From: an uncultured Chloroflexia bacterium
Lineage (GTDB): Bacteria; Chloroflexota; Limnocylindria; Limnocylindrales; CSP1-4
Direction of reading: 5' to 3'
NCBI GenBank assembly: GCA_963819655.1
Contig: CAWFXA010000002.1
Coordinates: forward strand, 1 to 64,000
Length of the DNA stretch: 64,000 bases
Shown: in pieces, positions 11,007-24,099 of the stretch
How the letters are laid out: the number at the start of each line of letters is the position of its first letter
Position numbering within the stretch: the stretch's first letter is position 1
The notes under the pieces: generated by a model
Databases searched by the model: none
Seen by the model: the letters and a program-made list of their open reading frames with translations, nothing else
What the model was told of the DNA's origin: nothing
Position numbers and translations under genes: made by a program

Positions 11007-14000
11007 ATGGGTCAGGCATTGCACCAGCGCAGGTCCGGTCGCGCGGCGATTGGAGCCTTGGTGCTGTTGTTGGCGAGCGCGACGAGTGCGTTCGCGCAGC
11101 TCGACCGGGGCACGATCTCCGGCACGGTCAAGGATGCGCAGGGCGGCGTCGTCCCCGGCGTGACCGTGACGGCGACCTCCACGCAGACGCAGCAGACCCG
11201 CACGACCGTCACCGACGGCAGCGGCTTCTACACGCTTCCCGAACCTTCTGCCCGGGCGCTACGACATCGTCCGTCGAGCTGCAGGGCTTCAAGAAAGGCA
11301 ACCGCACCGGCGTCCAGGTCGACGCCGCGTCCGCGCTTCAACCTCGATTTCACGCTCGACGACCGGCGCGCTGACCGAGGAAGTCACGGTCACCGCCGAA
11401 GCCTCGCTGCTGCAGACCGACGTCGCCGTCCGGAAGACGGTCGAAGCGAAGGACATCGAGCTCCTGTCGTTCAACGGCCGCAATCCGATTGGCGTGCCCG
11501 CGCTCAAGGCCGGCGTCATCGGCGGCAGCTTCAACAACGCCGGCGCCATGTCGCTCACCGCCGGCGGCTTCAACATCAACGGTGGTCGCTCGGACGAGGC
11601 GGTCGTCTACGTGGACGGCGCCGTCGCGACGCGCACCCGATCGGCCGGCTCGATGATCGGCGTGCAGAACGCCGACACGGTGCAGGAAGTTCAGGTGTTG
11701 ACCGCCAACTACATGCCCGAGTACGGGCGCGCGAGCGGCGGACAGATCCGGTTCATCTCGAAGAGCGGGAGCAACCGCTACTCCGGCAACGCCTCGTTCT
11801 TTTTCAGAGACGACACGCTGCAGGCCAACACCTGGGCGCGCAACCGCAGCCCGAACGCGACGGAGAATTCCGGCCCTGCGCCGTTCGACCAGAAGCAGTA
11901 CGGGTACTCGTTCGGCGGCCCGATCCCCGGAGGGATGTTCAAGGACAAGCTGTTCTTCTTCGGCGCGCAGGAGTGGGTTGATTTCTTCGCGGTGTCGACC
12001 GGTACCGGCGACGGTGCCTACTCTTGCGATGAGGCGGGGAGACTTCAGCGAGCTGCTCGGGTCGAATCCGTTCTTCGGCAGCCCTCAGATCATCCGCGAT
12101 CCGACTACCGGGCAGCCGTTCCCCGGAAACATCATCCCGTCGGGACGCCTGTCGCCGAATGGGACCGGGTTGATGAAGTTGTATCCCGAGCCGACGCCGG
12201 GCTTCCAGCAGGGCACGGCCAATGCGATTTTCAACAGCGAGAACCCGCAGGATCAGCGGAAGGACAGCATCCGGCTCGACTACCGGCTGAACAACAGCAA
12301 CCAGGTCATGTTCCGTTTTCAACGATCGAACTGGAAGGCCATCGATGCGTTCCGCGGAACCTTCGCTCTGGCTCGCACCGAATGGGAACGGCCGAATCGG
12401 ACGGAGACCTTCAACTGGACCAGCACCATCAAGGGCAACCTGATCAACGACTTCAACTACTCGCACTCGCTCGACGAGGTGTTCATCGGCGTGTTCACCG
12501 AGACTGGCATGCACAGCCGAACCCGCGGCGGGCGTCAACTACCCGTACATCTTCCCGGTCGGGAAGGAGCTCGAGGACAAGATCCCGACCGTCAACGTGA
12601 CAAACTTCAGCGGGTTGGACGGTAGTCCGTATCCAGCGTCCTCGGCGGGGCCGATTCACACGTTCTCGAACACCACGACGCTCGTGAAGGGCCGCCACAC
12701 CTTCAAGGCCGGCGTTGTGGTCGAGTACTCGGGCGAGGACGACTTCGATCAGATCAACGTGAACGCGATTCCGGGCGGCACCAACAACCAGAACGGCCAG
12801 TTCGCGTTCAGCAACAGCGGCAGCGGCGCGTTCCGGTCTCGCCATGGCCGACATGGCGCTTGGTCTCTTCGATACGCTACGCCGAGGTTGGGCAGCGTGC
12901 GTTCACGAAGTGGCGGTCGCTCGCGACCGACATCTTCATTCAGGATTCGTGGCGGCCACGGTCGAATGTGACCGTCGAAGGCGGGCGTCCGCTACGTGAT
13001 CTGGCCGCCGTGGTATTCGACGACCAACAACATCGCGAACTTCGATCCACGGTTCTACGATCCTGCCGCGGCAGCGATCATCAACCCAGCACCGGCCGCA
13101 TCACCGGCGGCAGCCGCTACAACGGCATGGTCCTGGCGGGCGACGGCTTCAAGGGAGACGGGAACGAGCTCGCGGTTGCCTCGGATCCCCAGGTGCAGGC
13201 ACTGTTCCGGGGTGAGCCACGTGGATTCTCCAAGACGCACTACAACGTCTTCGAGCCGCGCCTCGGTGTGTCGTATTCGTTGAACCCGAAGACCATCCTG
13301 CGTACGAGTGCCGGGATCTTCCACAACCGTGTCCTGTTGAACGACTCGACGCTGCTCGGAGGGAACGCGCCGCTGCAACCGATGGCCGTGGTGTCGGGCG
13401 GCAGCGTCGACAACCCTGGCGGCAGGTAGTTCCGGCGGCGCGGATCTGCCGCTCGGCGTCCAGGCGCAGGACGTCGAGTTCAAGCATCCCACGTCATACA
13501 TGTGGTCGACCGGCGTTCAGCGCGAGGTGCCGTTCGGGTTCATCGTCGATGTCACCTATGTCGGGCGCCGCGGTCTCTACCTCCCCCGTGAGCGCAACAT
13601 CAACCAGTTACGGCCGGGCACCTACGAACCCGCAAGTGAACATCGCGGCCCAGCGGCCTTACAAGGGGTATGGCCTGCTTCGCCTGTCGGAGAACGCCGC
13701 GCGCTCGATGTACAACAGCCTGCAGGTGAGCGTCGATCGCCGTTACTCGAACGGGTTGAAGGTAGGCCTCGCGTACACGCTGGGCAAGTCGACGGACAAC
13801 GGCAGCGACAAGCGTAACGTGCTGTGGGACCCCTACGACGACACGAGCTACGAGGGGCCGTCCAACTTCGATCGGCGCCACGCGCTGTCGATCTACTACA
13901 TCTACGACCTGCCGTTCTGGCGTGAACCGACCAATCTGCTCCAGAACCTGCTCGGCGGCTGGCAGATCTCCGGTGCGGCGTTCATGCGCACCGGCACGCC

Positions 14001-14445
14001 GTTCACGATCACGCGGACCGACGACCGCGCCGGAATCGGGCCCGACAGCAGCATCGGCCAGCCCATCGACATGAATGGCGATCCCTTGCAGGGGACGAAC
14101 GGCAAGTTCTCGGGAGGGGTGACCGGCGGTGTCGCTGCCGACGACAACTTCTACTTCAATCCAGCCGCCTTCTCGCAGGTGCCGGTCGGCGCGAACAGGT
14201 TCGGGAACATGCCCCGCAACGCGGTCTACAACCCCGGCGATCAGCAGTGGGACCTCGCGATCTTCAAGAACGTCAAGCTCGCGGGGACCCATCAGGTCCA
14301 GATTCGCGTGGAGATGTTCAACTTCATCAATCACCCGAACCTGAGCGGACCGACCACGGACATCACCAACGCCAACTTCGGCCGCATCATCACGAAGTCG
14401 GGCGATCGCCGCGACATTCAGCTCGCGCTCAGGTACACGTTCTAG
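11007..14445 (+). CDS. TonB-dependent receptor (Oar type with carboxypeptidase-regulatory N-domain), frameshifted
   Basis: AQLDRGTISGTVKDAQGGVVPGVTV, VQEVQVLTANYMPEYGRASGG, KSGSNRYSG, KDKLFFFG, FIQDSWR; ends in the OM barrel motif QLALRYTF. Confidence 0.9.
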
Positions 14446-14453
14446 ACAATCGA

Positions 14454-14488
14454 CACGCAGAGGCGGCCTCGGTCGCCGCCTCTGCGTG
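14454..14488. terminator. GC-rich hairpin downstream of TonB receptor (probable terminator)
   Basis: 14-bp perfect stem cacgcagaggcggc / gccgcctctgcgtg, 8 nt after the stop; no clear U-tract. Confidence 0.55.
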
Positions 14489-14589
14489 GTGCTCTCGTCA
14501 AATCCCAGCCTTCAACTCCCACGCTGCCTTCGCCTCCCACGGCCACCTTCGGCGGGTGCGGACCGTTCGGCCCGCACGATCGACGACGA

Positions 14590-14942
14590 CGACACGACGT
14601 CAGAAGACCTTGCGAAGTCGTTGCGACGAGCTCTGACCAGCTCGCCGTTCTCCGCAATCGCGCGGTCGCGAGCCGCTGAGGTGCCGATCGGATCACACGG
14701 AGCCGATACGTTCGCTTCGGCTACTCGCACGATCCTCGATCCTGACGTTCGGTCGACGCCGGCTCGAGCCGTCGTCCGCTCCTCGTAGTCGGCGGCGGCG
14801 GAGTTCCGGTGAGCACTGTGCAGATGACTGCGACGGGTCCTCGAGTGTGCAGATACTGCACCAACCGAGTAATCGCGCAAGCGACGATGAGCCGCTCGCG
14901 TAAATCGTCGGGTCTGTCGAATGTCCAGTCTGATGTCGTCAT
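14590..14942 (-). CDS. Four-helix-bundle protein (23S rRNA-IVP/Avd-like, TIGR02436 type), heavily frameshifted or degraded
   Basis: Manual frame-joining gives MTTSDWTFDRPDDLRERL..ACAITRLVQYLHTRGPVAV...GT/NSAAADYEE.DDGSS...YRLRVIR...IAENGELVR, resembling the family pattern DLxER..F...SGTSxxANYEEA..S...ELxxI. Confidence 0.6.
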
Positions 14943-15021
14943 AGCGAGCATCAGCCAAGCCAGCCAGCGCGCTCGCAGGCGTCCGTGGACTGCGATTGGC
15001 AGCGTGACGCGATCAGCGCCG

Positions 15022-18000
15022 CTAGAAGCTCCCGAGCACCACTCGCACCTGGTGGGTGCCGGTCACGCCGGCGAGCGGGATCAGCAGGTCGGGCTGCTCG
15101 CGTCCGTCCACTGTCACGCTTCGCACGCCCCGGCACACGCCGTCGGGGTTCTCGACGCTGATCTGGAACTCCGCGGTGGGCGATCGGAAGGTGATCTCGT
15201 ATCCCTTCCACGTGCTCGGGATGCACGGGTCGATGCGCAGCGCGCCGCGCTGCAGGGTGACGCCGAGCAGCGCCTCGACGCCGACCCGGTACATCCAGCC
15301 CGCCGACCCCGTGTACCACGTCCAGCCGCCGCGGCCGACGTGGCGATCCTGCGAGTAGACGTCCGCCGCGACGACGTAGGGCTCGACCCGGTAGCGTTCG
15401 ACGCTCTCCGGATCGAGCGCGTGGTTGATCGGATTGATCATCCGGAAGAGCGCCTCGGCGCGGTCCCCGTTGCCGAGGCGGCGCGTGCGCCAGCACCGTC
15501 CACAGCGCGGCGTGCGTGTACTGGCCGCCGTTCTCGCGGACGCCCGGCACGTAGCCCTGGATGTAGCCGGGGCTGGGCGTCATCTTGTCGAACGGCGGCG
15601 TCAGCAGCAGGATGATGCCGTCCTGCTCGCGCACCAGGTGCCGATCGGTCGACGCCATCGCCTGACGGGCACGCTCCGGCGTGCCGGCGCCGGAGATCAC
15701 CGACCACGACTGCGCGATCGCGTCGATCCGGCACTCGGTGTTCTCCTTCGACCCGAGCGGCGTCCCGTCGTCGAAATACGCGCGGCGATACCATTCGCCG
15801 TCCCAGGCGTCGTCGAGCGCCGCGGTGAGCGTGCTCGGCGTGGGCGCGGTAGACGCGCGGCGCGATCGGCTTCGCCGCGCGCGTCGGCGACCTCGGCGAA
15901 CGGCCGCGAGCAGCGACACCAGGAACCAGCCGAGCCACACGCTTTCGCCGCGTCCTTCGGCGCCGACCAGGCTCATGCCGTCGTTCCAGTCGCCGATCCC
16001 CATCAGCGGCAGGCCGTGCGCGCCGGTCGACAGGCTCAGCGCCGATCGCGCGCACGCAGTGCTCGTAGATCGAGCCCGACTCGCTCGACACCGTCGGCCG
16101 CTCGTAGACCTCGTGCTCGTCTTCGTTGAGCAGCCGCCCTTCGAGGAACGGCACCTGCTCGTCCCAGACCGCGTCGTCGCCGGTCGCCGAGACGTAGAGC
16201 AGCGGCGCAGAAGATCAGCCACAGCCGATCGTCGGAGAATCGCGTCCGGACGCCCTGGCCGCCCGGCTCGTGCCACCAGTGCTGGACGTCGCCTTCGACG
16301 AACTGTCGCGACGCGGCGCGCAGCAGCTGGGCGCGAACCAGGTGCGGCGCCGCGTAGAGCAGCGCCAGCGAATCCTGCAGCTGGTCGCGGAACCCGAACG
16401 CGCCGCTCGACTGGTAGAACGCCGAGCGTCCCCAGATCCGGCACGAGAGCGCCTGATAGAGCAGCCAGCGGTTCAGCATCAGGTCCATCGACGGCTCGGG
16501 CGTCTTCACCTGAATCGTGCCGAGCACGCCGTCCCAGAACTCGATGCGCCGTCGGTCGCCGCGGTGGCCGCGGCCAGCGGCGTCCCGGAACCGCTGCACG
16601 CGTGGCGCGGGCCCCGGCCGGATCGGCCGCTTCGCCGAGCTGACCGATCAGCGTTCGCTCTTCGCCCGGTCTCGAGCGTGACGGCGAGTTGCACGGCGCC
16701 GCAGGGATCGAGCCCCGGCGCCGATCCGGTCGGACAGCCGCTGCCGTGCCAGCGCCGCCGGCGACTGCAGCGATGCCGTTCCGGCCGATGAACTCGGTGC
16801 GGTCGCCGGTGACGCTCCGCGCCGGCGGCACCATGCGCGCGCCGCCGATCCGTCGTGCAGATCGACGAAGGCGACGCGATCGCCGAACGGCTCGCGGAAC
16901 GCGTTGATGGCCAGCACCGCACCGGTCGCCGGCTCGCGGCTGGTGACGACGTGCAGCCGGGTGCGGGAGCGCTGCTCGCCGAGCGTCCATTCGACGTAGA
17001 GCGTGACCGAGAGCCGCCGGGTGCGGGTCGAGGCGTTGCGCAGCGTGGAGCTCGAAGATCTTGACGCGCTCGTCGCGCGGCACGAACAGGCGCAGCGCCG
17101 AGCGATGCCGTCGCGCGTGTGCTCGTAGATCGAGTAGCCCTGACCGTGGCGGACGGTGTACGGCTGGCCGCCGCCGGCCGGCAGCGGTGTGGCCGACCAG
17201 ACCTGCCGGGTCTCGTCGTCGCGCAGGAAGATCGCCTCGCCCGGGCGGATCGCTGACCGGATCGTTCCGCCACGGCGACAGCCGGTTGTCGTGGCTGTTC
17301 TCCGACCAGGTGAAGCCGAGGCCGAGATCGGTCGCGGCGAAGCCGAACCCGGCGTGCGCGACCACGTTGCACCAGGGCGCCGGGGCGATCGCGCCGGCAT
17401 CGGCATGCACCCGCATCACGTATTCGCGGCCACCGCGGCCGAACCCGCCGAGGCCGTTGAACGCCTGCAGCGGTCCCGGAATCGGCGGCGCTCGCCTTGA
17501 CGTCGGCGCTGCGGGTCGCCGGCGGCGGCGAGCGGCGGCTGGCAGCGCTTCGATCGGCGGCAGCGGCCGAACGAGCTGCTGATGGAGGCCGCCGTGCGAG
17601 GCGTCCATCACCACTCGCGCGGTGGCCCGCAGCAGCGTCTGATCCTCCGGCGGCATGAGATCGGCGCGCCGCAGGAACACCCCGCCCGGCTTGTCGAGCC
17701 CAGCCGTGCTCGGGACCGCTCTGCAGGATCTGCCTGCAGCGACTCCTGCAGGTCCTGACGGTAGCCGGCGCCATGTTCGTTGAGGACGACGAGGTCGAAC
17801 GTCAGCCCCTTGGCGCGCAGATACTCGTGGGCCTTGAGCAGATCGCGGAACAGCGGCAGCTCGGCCCCGTCGGTGACGCGCGCCAGCAGCATGCGGCGTG
17901 TCGCCGGAGATGCCGTACTTCCACAGCTCGGGCTGGCCGCGACGGTTCGCCGTGGACGGCGTCGGCCGCGCGCAGCCGCGGATCGCCATAGAGCAGCCGG

Positions 18001-21000
18001 CCGCCGAGCCGCTGGAAGCGGATGGTGTCGTCGACGGTCAGGCCGAAGTGCCGCAGCTCGATCTGGCTGTGGGTGCCGACCAGCGCCAGCGCCCGCGCGA
18101 CGGCGCGCCGGTCGTGGTACTTCTCGGCCAGGCGATGGGCTTCCTCTTCGGAGTCGGCGAAGCCGGTGATGAAGGCGATCCGCGCGGTCCCGCCGGGCGG
18201 CAGCCGCACGAACTGACGCAGCGCCACGATCGGGTCGAGGACCGGCGCCGGTCGTGTTCGACAGCGGGTCGTCGGTCGCCAGCGCGATCGGATTGGCCGA
18301 GCGTGCGGCCGCGGCCGACGAAGCGCGCGCGGTTGGTCTCGTACTGCGTCGCCGGGCCGACGCGCCCGCGCCCGCTGAGCATGTGCAAGCAGGTAGGTCC
18401 GAGTGCCGCCCGCTGCGCGGCCGGCGGGCGCAGATCAGCGCGTCACGCTCGGGCAGCGCCGAGGTCTCGATGAACAGGTTCGAGAACGCCGGGATGCGCG
18501 AGGTCGGCATCCGGCGGCGCCAGCACGACCTCGGCGTAGCTGGTGAGATCGAGGCTGCGCGGGTCTCGCGGCCGTGGTTGGTGATCGACACCCGGCGCAG
18601 CTCGACGTCGTCCTCGGTCGACACGACGATCTCGGTGCGCGTCTCCAGCCGTCCGTCGACCCGGCGGAAGATCGCCCGATCGAGCGCGAAGGTCACTTCG
18701 AACTCGTCGGCGTCGCGCCCGACCGGCTGATGGGTGGTCGACCAGACCGCGCCCGGATTCGAGATCGCGAACGAAGCAGAAGTTGCCCCATTCGTCGGTG
18801 GTGATGTCCTCCCGCCAGCGCGTCATCGCCAGGTTCTGCCGGCGGCTGTAGCCGCCGCCGGCATTGGTCACCATGACGCGAATAGGATCCGTTCGACAGC
18901 AGGTGCGCGCGCGGGCTGAGCGTGTGCGGCGTCACGTAGCGCCGCACCGGCGGCGCGATCGCGCCGCGCGTCACCGGCACGTGCTCGGCGCGTTCGATCG
19001 GCGGATTCTTCAGCGGCACCAGCCGCGGGATCCGCTCCTGGAGCAGGAGCTCCGCTGCCTCGATCGCGCGGATCGGCGTGGAACCGGCGCTGCATCGGAC
19101 TGCCGTTCAGCAGGTTGTCGAGCGCGAGCAGGCCCATCCCCTGGTGATGCGCCATGTAGGTGACGAGGACGACGCCCCCTTGGCCTCGGCCGGCAGCCGT
19201 TCCGGCGTGTAGTCGATCGCCTCGTAGTAGCCGAGGCGCCCGTACAGGCCTTCCTGGAGCCGCAGCCGATCCAGGTTCGCGAGCGACTTCACGCGGCGCG
19301 AGCGGCGCCGCCAGCAGCGTCGCGTACGGCGCGATCACCAGGTCGTCGGCCAGACCGCGCTTCAGATCCGAGGCCGGGCACGCCGAAGGCCTTGTACTGA
19401 TAGTTCCCTTCGAGATCCTGCACGTTGTAGGCCGACTCGGAGATGCCCCACGGCACGCCGCGGCCGGCGGCATAGTCGATCTGGCGGCGCACGACGGCCT
19501 CGTAGGTCTCGTCGAGCAGCGTGCCGGCGTGCGATCGCATCACCAGCAGCGGCATCAGGTACTCGAACATCGAGGCGCTCCACGAGAGCAGCGCCCGCGA
19601 CGAGCCGCTCGGCGTCAGCGAGCGTCCGAGCTTGAACCAGTGCTCGTGCGACACCTTGCCGAGCGCGATCGCCATGTAGCTGGCGAGCCGGGCCTCCGAC
19701 GCCAGGATGTCGTAGTAGGAGTTGTCGAGACGCCCGTCGTACGACGTTGTAGCCGATCGAGAACAACTGGCGCTCGTCGTTGAAGAGGAAGCCGAACTCG
19801 ATCTCTTCGAGCAGATCGTCGGCGAGGCGCGGCGAGCCGATCGGCGCGCTCGATGAGCTCCTCGGCATGCTGGCGGGCCTGCTTCGATCAGCGCGCGGAG
19901 CCGGCGCGCTCTGCGGGCGGGTCGCCAGGCGCGTCCAGCGCGCGATCGCACCACGGCATCGACGCTCGTCGAGCGACGGCACGGTCAACGACAGGCTGAG
20001 CGGCGACTGTGCGCTGATCGACGGTCATCCATCCGGTCAGGCGTTCCAGCTCGGCGTGCCGGCCGGCGATCGCCGCCTCGGCACGTTCGAGCCAGAATCC
20101 CGCCTCGTTCCACGTCGACGCGTGCGGCGCCGTCGCGCCGACGTCGGTGCCGCTCGGCTCGTCGAGCTCGTGCAGCAGCAGCGCCAGCGAGGTCAGGCGC
20201 TCGCGCATCTCGCGAGCAGCGTCCGCCAGTCGCCGGGAGCGCGGCCGGCCGCTGCGGAGCATCGTCGCGCAGCTCGTCGATCTGCTTGTCGATCCGTGCC
20301 CGCGCGGCGCGCGCCGCCGCCGGTCGCTTCCGTCTCGAACAGGCCGAGCACGTCGTCCAGCCCCTCGAGCACCGAGGTGTCGATCAGCGGCCGTCGACTC
20401 GGTGAGCTCCGCGAGGCCCGAGCGAAGCGTCAGGAGGTAGCCGGCGAGGTTGCCGCTGTCGACGGTCGAGATGTAGGGCGGCGCGCAGCGGGACCAGCGT
20501 GCGCGTGTCGTACCAGTTGTAGAAGTGCCCGCGATAGCGCTGCATCCGCAGCAGCGTGTCGAAGGTCGGCTCCAGCCGATCGACGACGTCGGTGATGCTG
20601 AGATAGCCGAAGTCGTGCGCCGCCAGCACCGTCAGGAGCTGCAGGCCGATGTTGGTCGGCGAGGTCCGGTGCGCGATGACGTCGGCGCGGTTCTCCTGAT
20701 AGTTGTCCGGGATCAGCCAGTTGTCGGCCGGCGTCAGCAGCTCCTCGAAGAAGCGCCAGGTCTTGCGCGCGATCCGCCGCAGCGCCGCGCGCTGTTCGCG
20801 GTTGAGCGGCGGATGGCGATGCTCGAGCGGCAGACCGGTGGTATAGGCGAGCACGGGCGACAGCACCCACAGCACCAGGATTGGGGCCGCCAGCAGCAGC
20901 CGTCCCGGCGCGACGGTCGCCACCAGCACTCCGAACGGCCAGCCCGATCGCCGGCGCCATCCACATCCGCTCGAACACGCCGCGCGAGCGTGGTGGGGAC

Positions 21001-23800
21001 CACGGCGCGATCGGCGGTGCAGCCACTGCAGCAGGTGGCGCCGGGTGACCAGCATGCGGAACAGCACGTCGGCGATCGCATCGAGCATCACCACGGTCTG
21101 ATGCGCGAGCATCACCAGCGACAGCGCGGCCTGGCGGAGGCCGCCCAGGATGTTGTCGCGCTCGGCCCGGAAGTGCTCGCGGAGCGGCACGCCCGGCAGG
21201 CGGTTGGTCAGCGAGCGGCCGAGCTGCGTGTACGCGGGGAACGCGATCACCAGCAGCGCCAGCGTGGTCCAGAGCGCCGGCGACCCGGGCAGGATCGTCC
21301 AGGCGCCGACCAGCAGCACGACCAGCGACGGCGGCGACCAGGCTGCGCCGCAGGTTGTCGAGGATCTTCCACCGCGAGATCGCCGGCAGGCGGTTGGGCA
21401 CGCGCGCGCCGCTGGCGTCGCGGCACGGTCCGCCAGATCCAGCGCGCGATCTGCCAGTCGCCGCGGACCCAGCGGTGCTGCCGGGCGGCGAAGCTCAGAT
21501 AGTGGAACGGGTAGTCGTCGATGACGTGGATGTCGGTGCACAGCGCCGCGCGCGCGAACGAGCCTTCGAAGAGGTCGTGGCTGAGCAGCGAGTTCTCCGG
21601 CACGCGGCCGGCGAGCGATCGTCTCGAAGGCGTCGACGTCGTAGATGCCCTTGCCGACGTAGCTGCCCTCGTGGAACAGGTCCTGGTAGACGTCCGACAC
21701 GGCGGTCGTGTACGGGTCGATGCCGACGTGGCCCGAGAAGATGCGCGAGAACCGCGCTGCGGTTCGCGCTGACGACGCTGACCGCGACCCGCGGCTGGAG
21801 GATGCCGTAGCCCTCGGTCACGCGCTGCACCGCGGGGTCGAAGCGCGGCCGGTTCAGCGGGTGCGACAGCGTGCCGACCATCGCGCGGCCGGCCTCGAGC
21901 GGCAGCTGCGTGTCGCGTGTCGAGCGTGATGACGTACCGGACCGAACCGGCAGCACCGAGAGATCGCCGAGCTGGACCGCGTAGCTGGTGTCGGTGGCGC
22001 CGCGCAGCAGCTGGTTGAGCTCGTGCAGCTTGCCGCGCTTCCGCTCCCATCCCATCCAGCACCGTTCGTCGGCGTTGTAGCGGCGCTCGCGGTGGAACAG
22101 GAAGAAGCGATCGGCGCCGTGGCGCGTCGTTGAGGCGCCTCGATGGCCGCCTGCGCGGCCGCGAGCAGCGGCCGCGTCTTCGGGCGCCTCGCGCTCGGCC
22201 GCGTCGCGGAAGTCGGTCAGCAGCGCGAAGTGCAGGTGCTGATCGCGGTTGGCGAGGAACCGCACCTCGAGATCGTCGACGAGCGTGCTGGATGTGCGCC
22301 TCGGTGTCGATGATCGCCGGCACGACCACCATCGTCCGGTCGCTCGGCGGGAATGCCGCCTCGCAGGTCGAGCTTCGGCAGCTGACGGGGCGGCACGTGC
22401 GTGGTGATCAGCAGGTTCAGCAGGTTGATCGCCAGCTCGCTGACCGGCAGAAGCACGCGACGGCGTGACCAGCAGGAGCTCCGGCCACGTCGCGCCGTGG
22501 CGCGCCGCGTAGGACAGAAAGCTGAACAGGATCAGCGCGATGCTCACCGCCGCCATCGCGCCGAGGTAGCCGATCGCCGGATGGCGGAACAGGAACCTCG
22601 CCACCCGCTCGCCGACGGTCGGCGGATAGCCGAGGTCCTGCTTCGAGCCGGAAGCGGCCGCGCGAGATCAGGTAGTAGCCGACGTGATGGCGGCGATCGT
22701 TCTGCGGATCGGCTGGCGCGCCCCTCGCGCGCGAGCGCCACCGCGCGCGCGCGCGACGTCGGGCTCCGGCTGTCTTCGCCCCGCGCGCCAGCTGTTCGAC
22801 CGAATGGCGATAGCGATCGCGCGTCGGGAAGTCCATGCGCGCGTAGGCGCCGACCGGATCCTCCTTGAGGATCCGCTCGACGACGCTGACCTGTTCGACG
22901 AAGACCGGCCAGTCGCTCGCCGAGATCAGCCGCATCGTCGTGATGATGTTGCCGATGGCGAGCTGGTTCGCCGCCTCGCGCTGGTGCTCGCGCCGCAGCA
23001 TCACCTCGGGCGAGTCGCCCTGCGCTTCGAGCGCGCGATGCAGGGCCTGCCAGGCTGGCGCGGCCGTCGACGGCTGATCGCGCAGCCACTGCAGCAGTTC
23101 GACGACGAACGCCGGCGGCAGGCGCTCGTGCTTGCGCGAGGTCGCGCGCAGGACGCTGCTCGATGATCACGGCGGCGTCGAGGGCCCGCCGCGGCGATGC
23201 GCAGGCCCCAGCCGCGCGCGCCTCTTCGCGGTTGCGGCTCGCCGTCAGCACGTCCTCGGCGCGGCGCCGCAGCTCGTCGATCAGCGCCACCCGCAGCATG
23301 ATCGGGATCGCCCACAGCTCGCCGATGTTGAGCGCGACGCCGCGCTGGTAGGCGCTGATGTAGCCGATCAGCGTGCTGCAGGTCGAAGCGGCCGGCGGTG
23401 TGCGCGACCAGATCGCGCGACAGCGCAAACACGCGCGGATAGCCGACGTACTCGCCGTCGGCCAGCTTGGGCAGCTGCGAGGTAGTAGCTTGCGCGGCAG
23501 ATCCTGACGGACGGCGCGGACCTGATCCTGGACGACGTGATGGTTGTCGCGGAGCCAGTCTTCCGACGGAATCGGCTGGGCGGTGCGGGTCGCGGCGGAC
23601 AGGAAGTCGTAGGCCTCCTCCAGCAGCTGCGCGTCCTCGTCGAGCAGAGGGATCAGCGGCCGGCCGCGGCTCGGGTCGGACGCAAGCTGATGCGTCGCGG
23701 CGAGCGCCGCGGCGTGCGCTTCGAGCTGCTCCTGGCTGAGCAGGATGGGCGGTTCGGGCCGTGTGTCGACGGCGTCCGCGGTATCGGCGGTCGACGTTTA
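15022..23800 (-). CDS. ndvB: Cyclic beta-1,2-glucan synthase (GT84 + glucoamylase-like cyclisation domain + GH94 phosphorylase), many frameshifts
   Basis: [120 protein letters not shown]; start position approximate. Confidence 0.9.
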
Positions 23801-23867
23801 CCAAGGCTGGCTGACGGACTGAGGCGGCGACTAGCCCGACTGTTGCAGTAGTGCATGACACAGCTTA

Positions 23868-23883
23868 TTCAACTGCTGGGCCA
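23868..23883 (-). promoter_or_regulatory. Possible sigma-54 -24/-12 promoter upstream of the glucan synthase
   Basis: Minus strand TGGCCCAGCAGTTGAA against consensus TGGCACGNNNNTTGCW; spacing correct, but GA replaces GC at -12. Confidence 0.3.
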
Positions 23884-23896
23884 ATCGAGCTCAAAC

Positions 23897-24099
23897 GTCA
23901 AATCCCAAGCTCCAAGCTCCGAACTCGCCAACCGCGTCGCGAAGCGCTCGAATCCCGAACCGAACGTGCGAATTCGCGAATCCCAACCGAACTCCCGAAC
24001 TAACTCGCCATTCACGACCGCTGACTCTGTCGGGACTGCGGCTCGCGACGTTGGGATTTGGGAATGGTTGGGATTGGAGCTTGGAGCTTGGGATTTGAC
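23897..24099. repeat. Family-A terminal-inverted-repeat element (203 bp)
   Basis: gtcaaatcccaagctccaagctcc ... ggagcttggagcttgggatttgac. Confidence 0.9.

Noticed and set aside
14590-14942. Diversity-generating retroelement (Avd gene)
   Set aside because: No reverse transcriptase and no TR/VR pair differing at adenines in the window.
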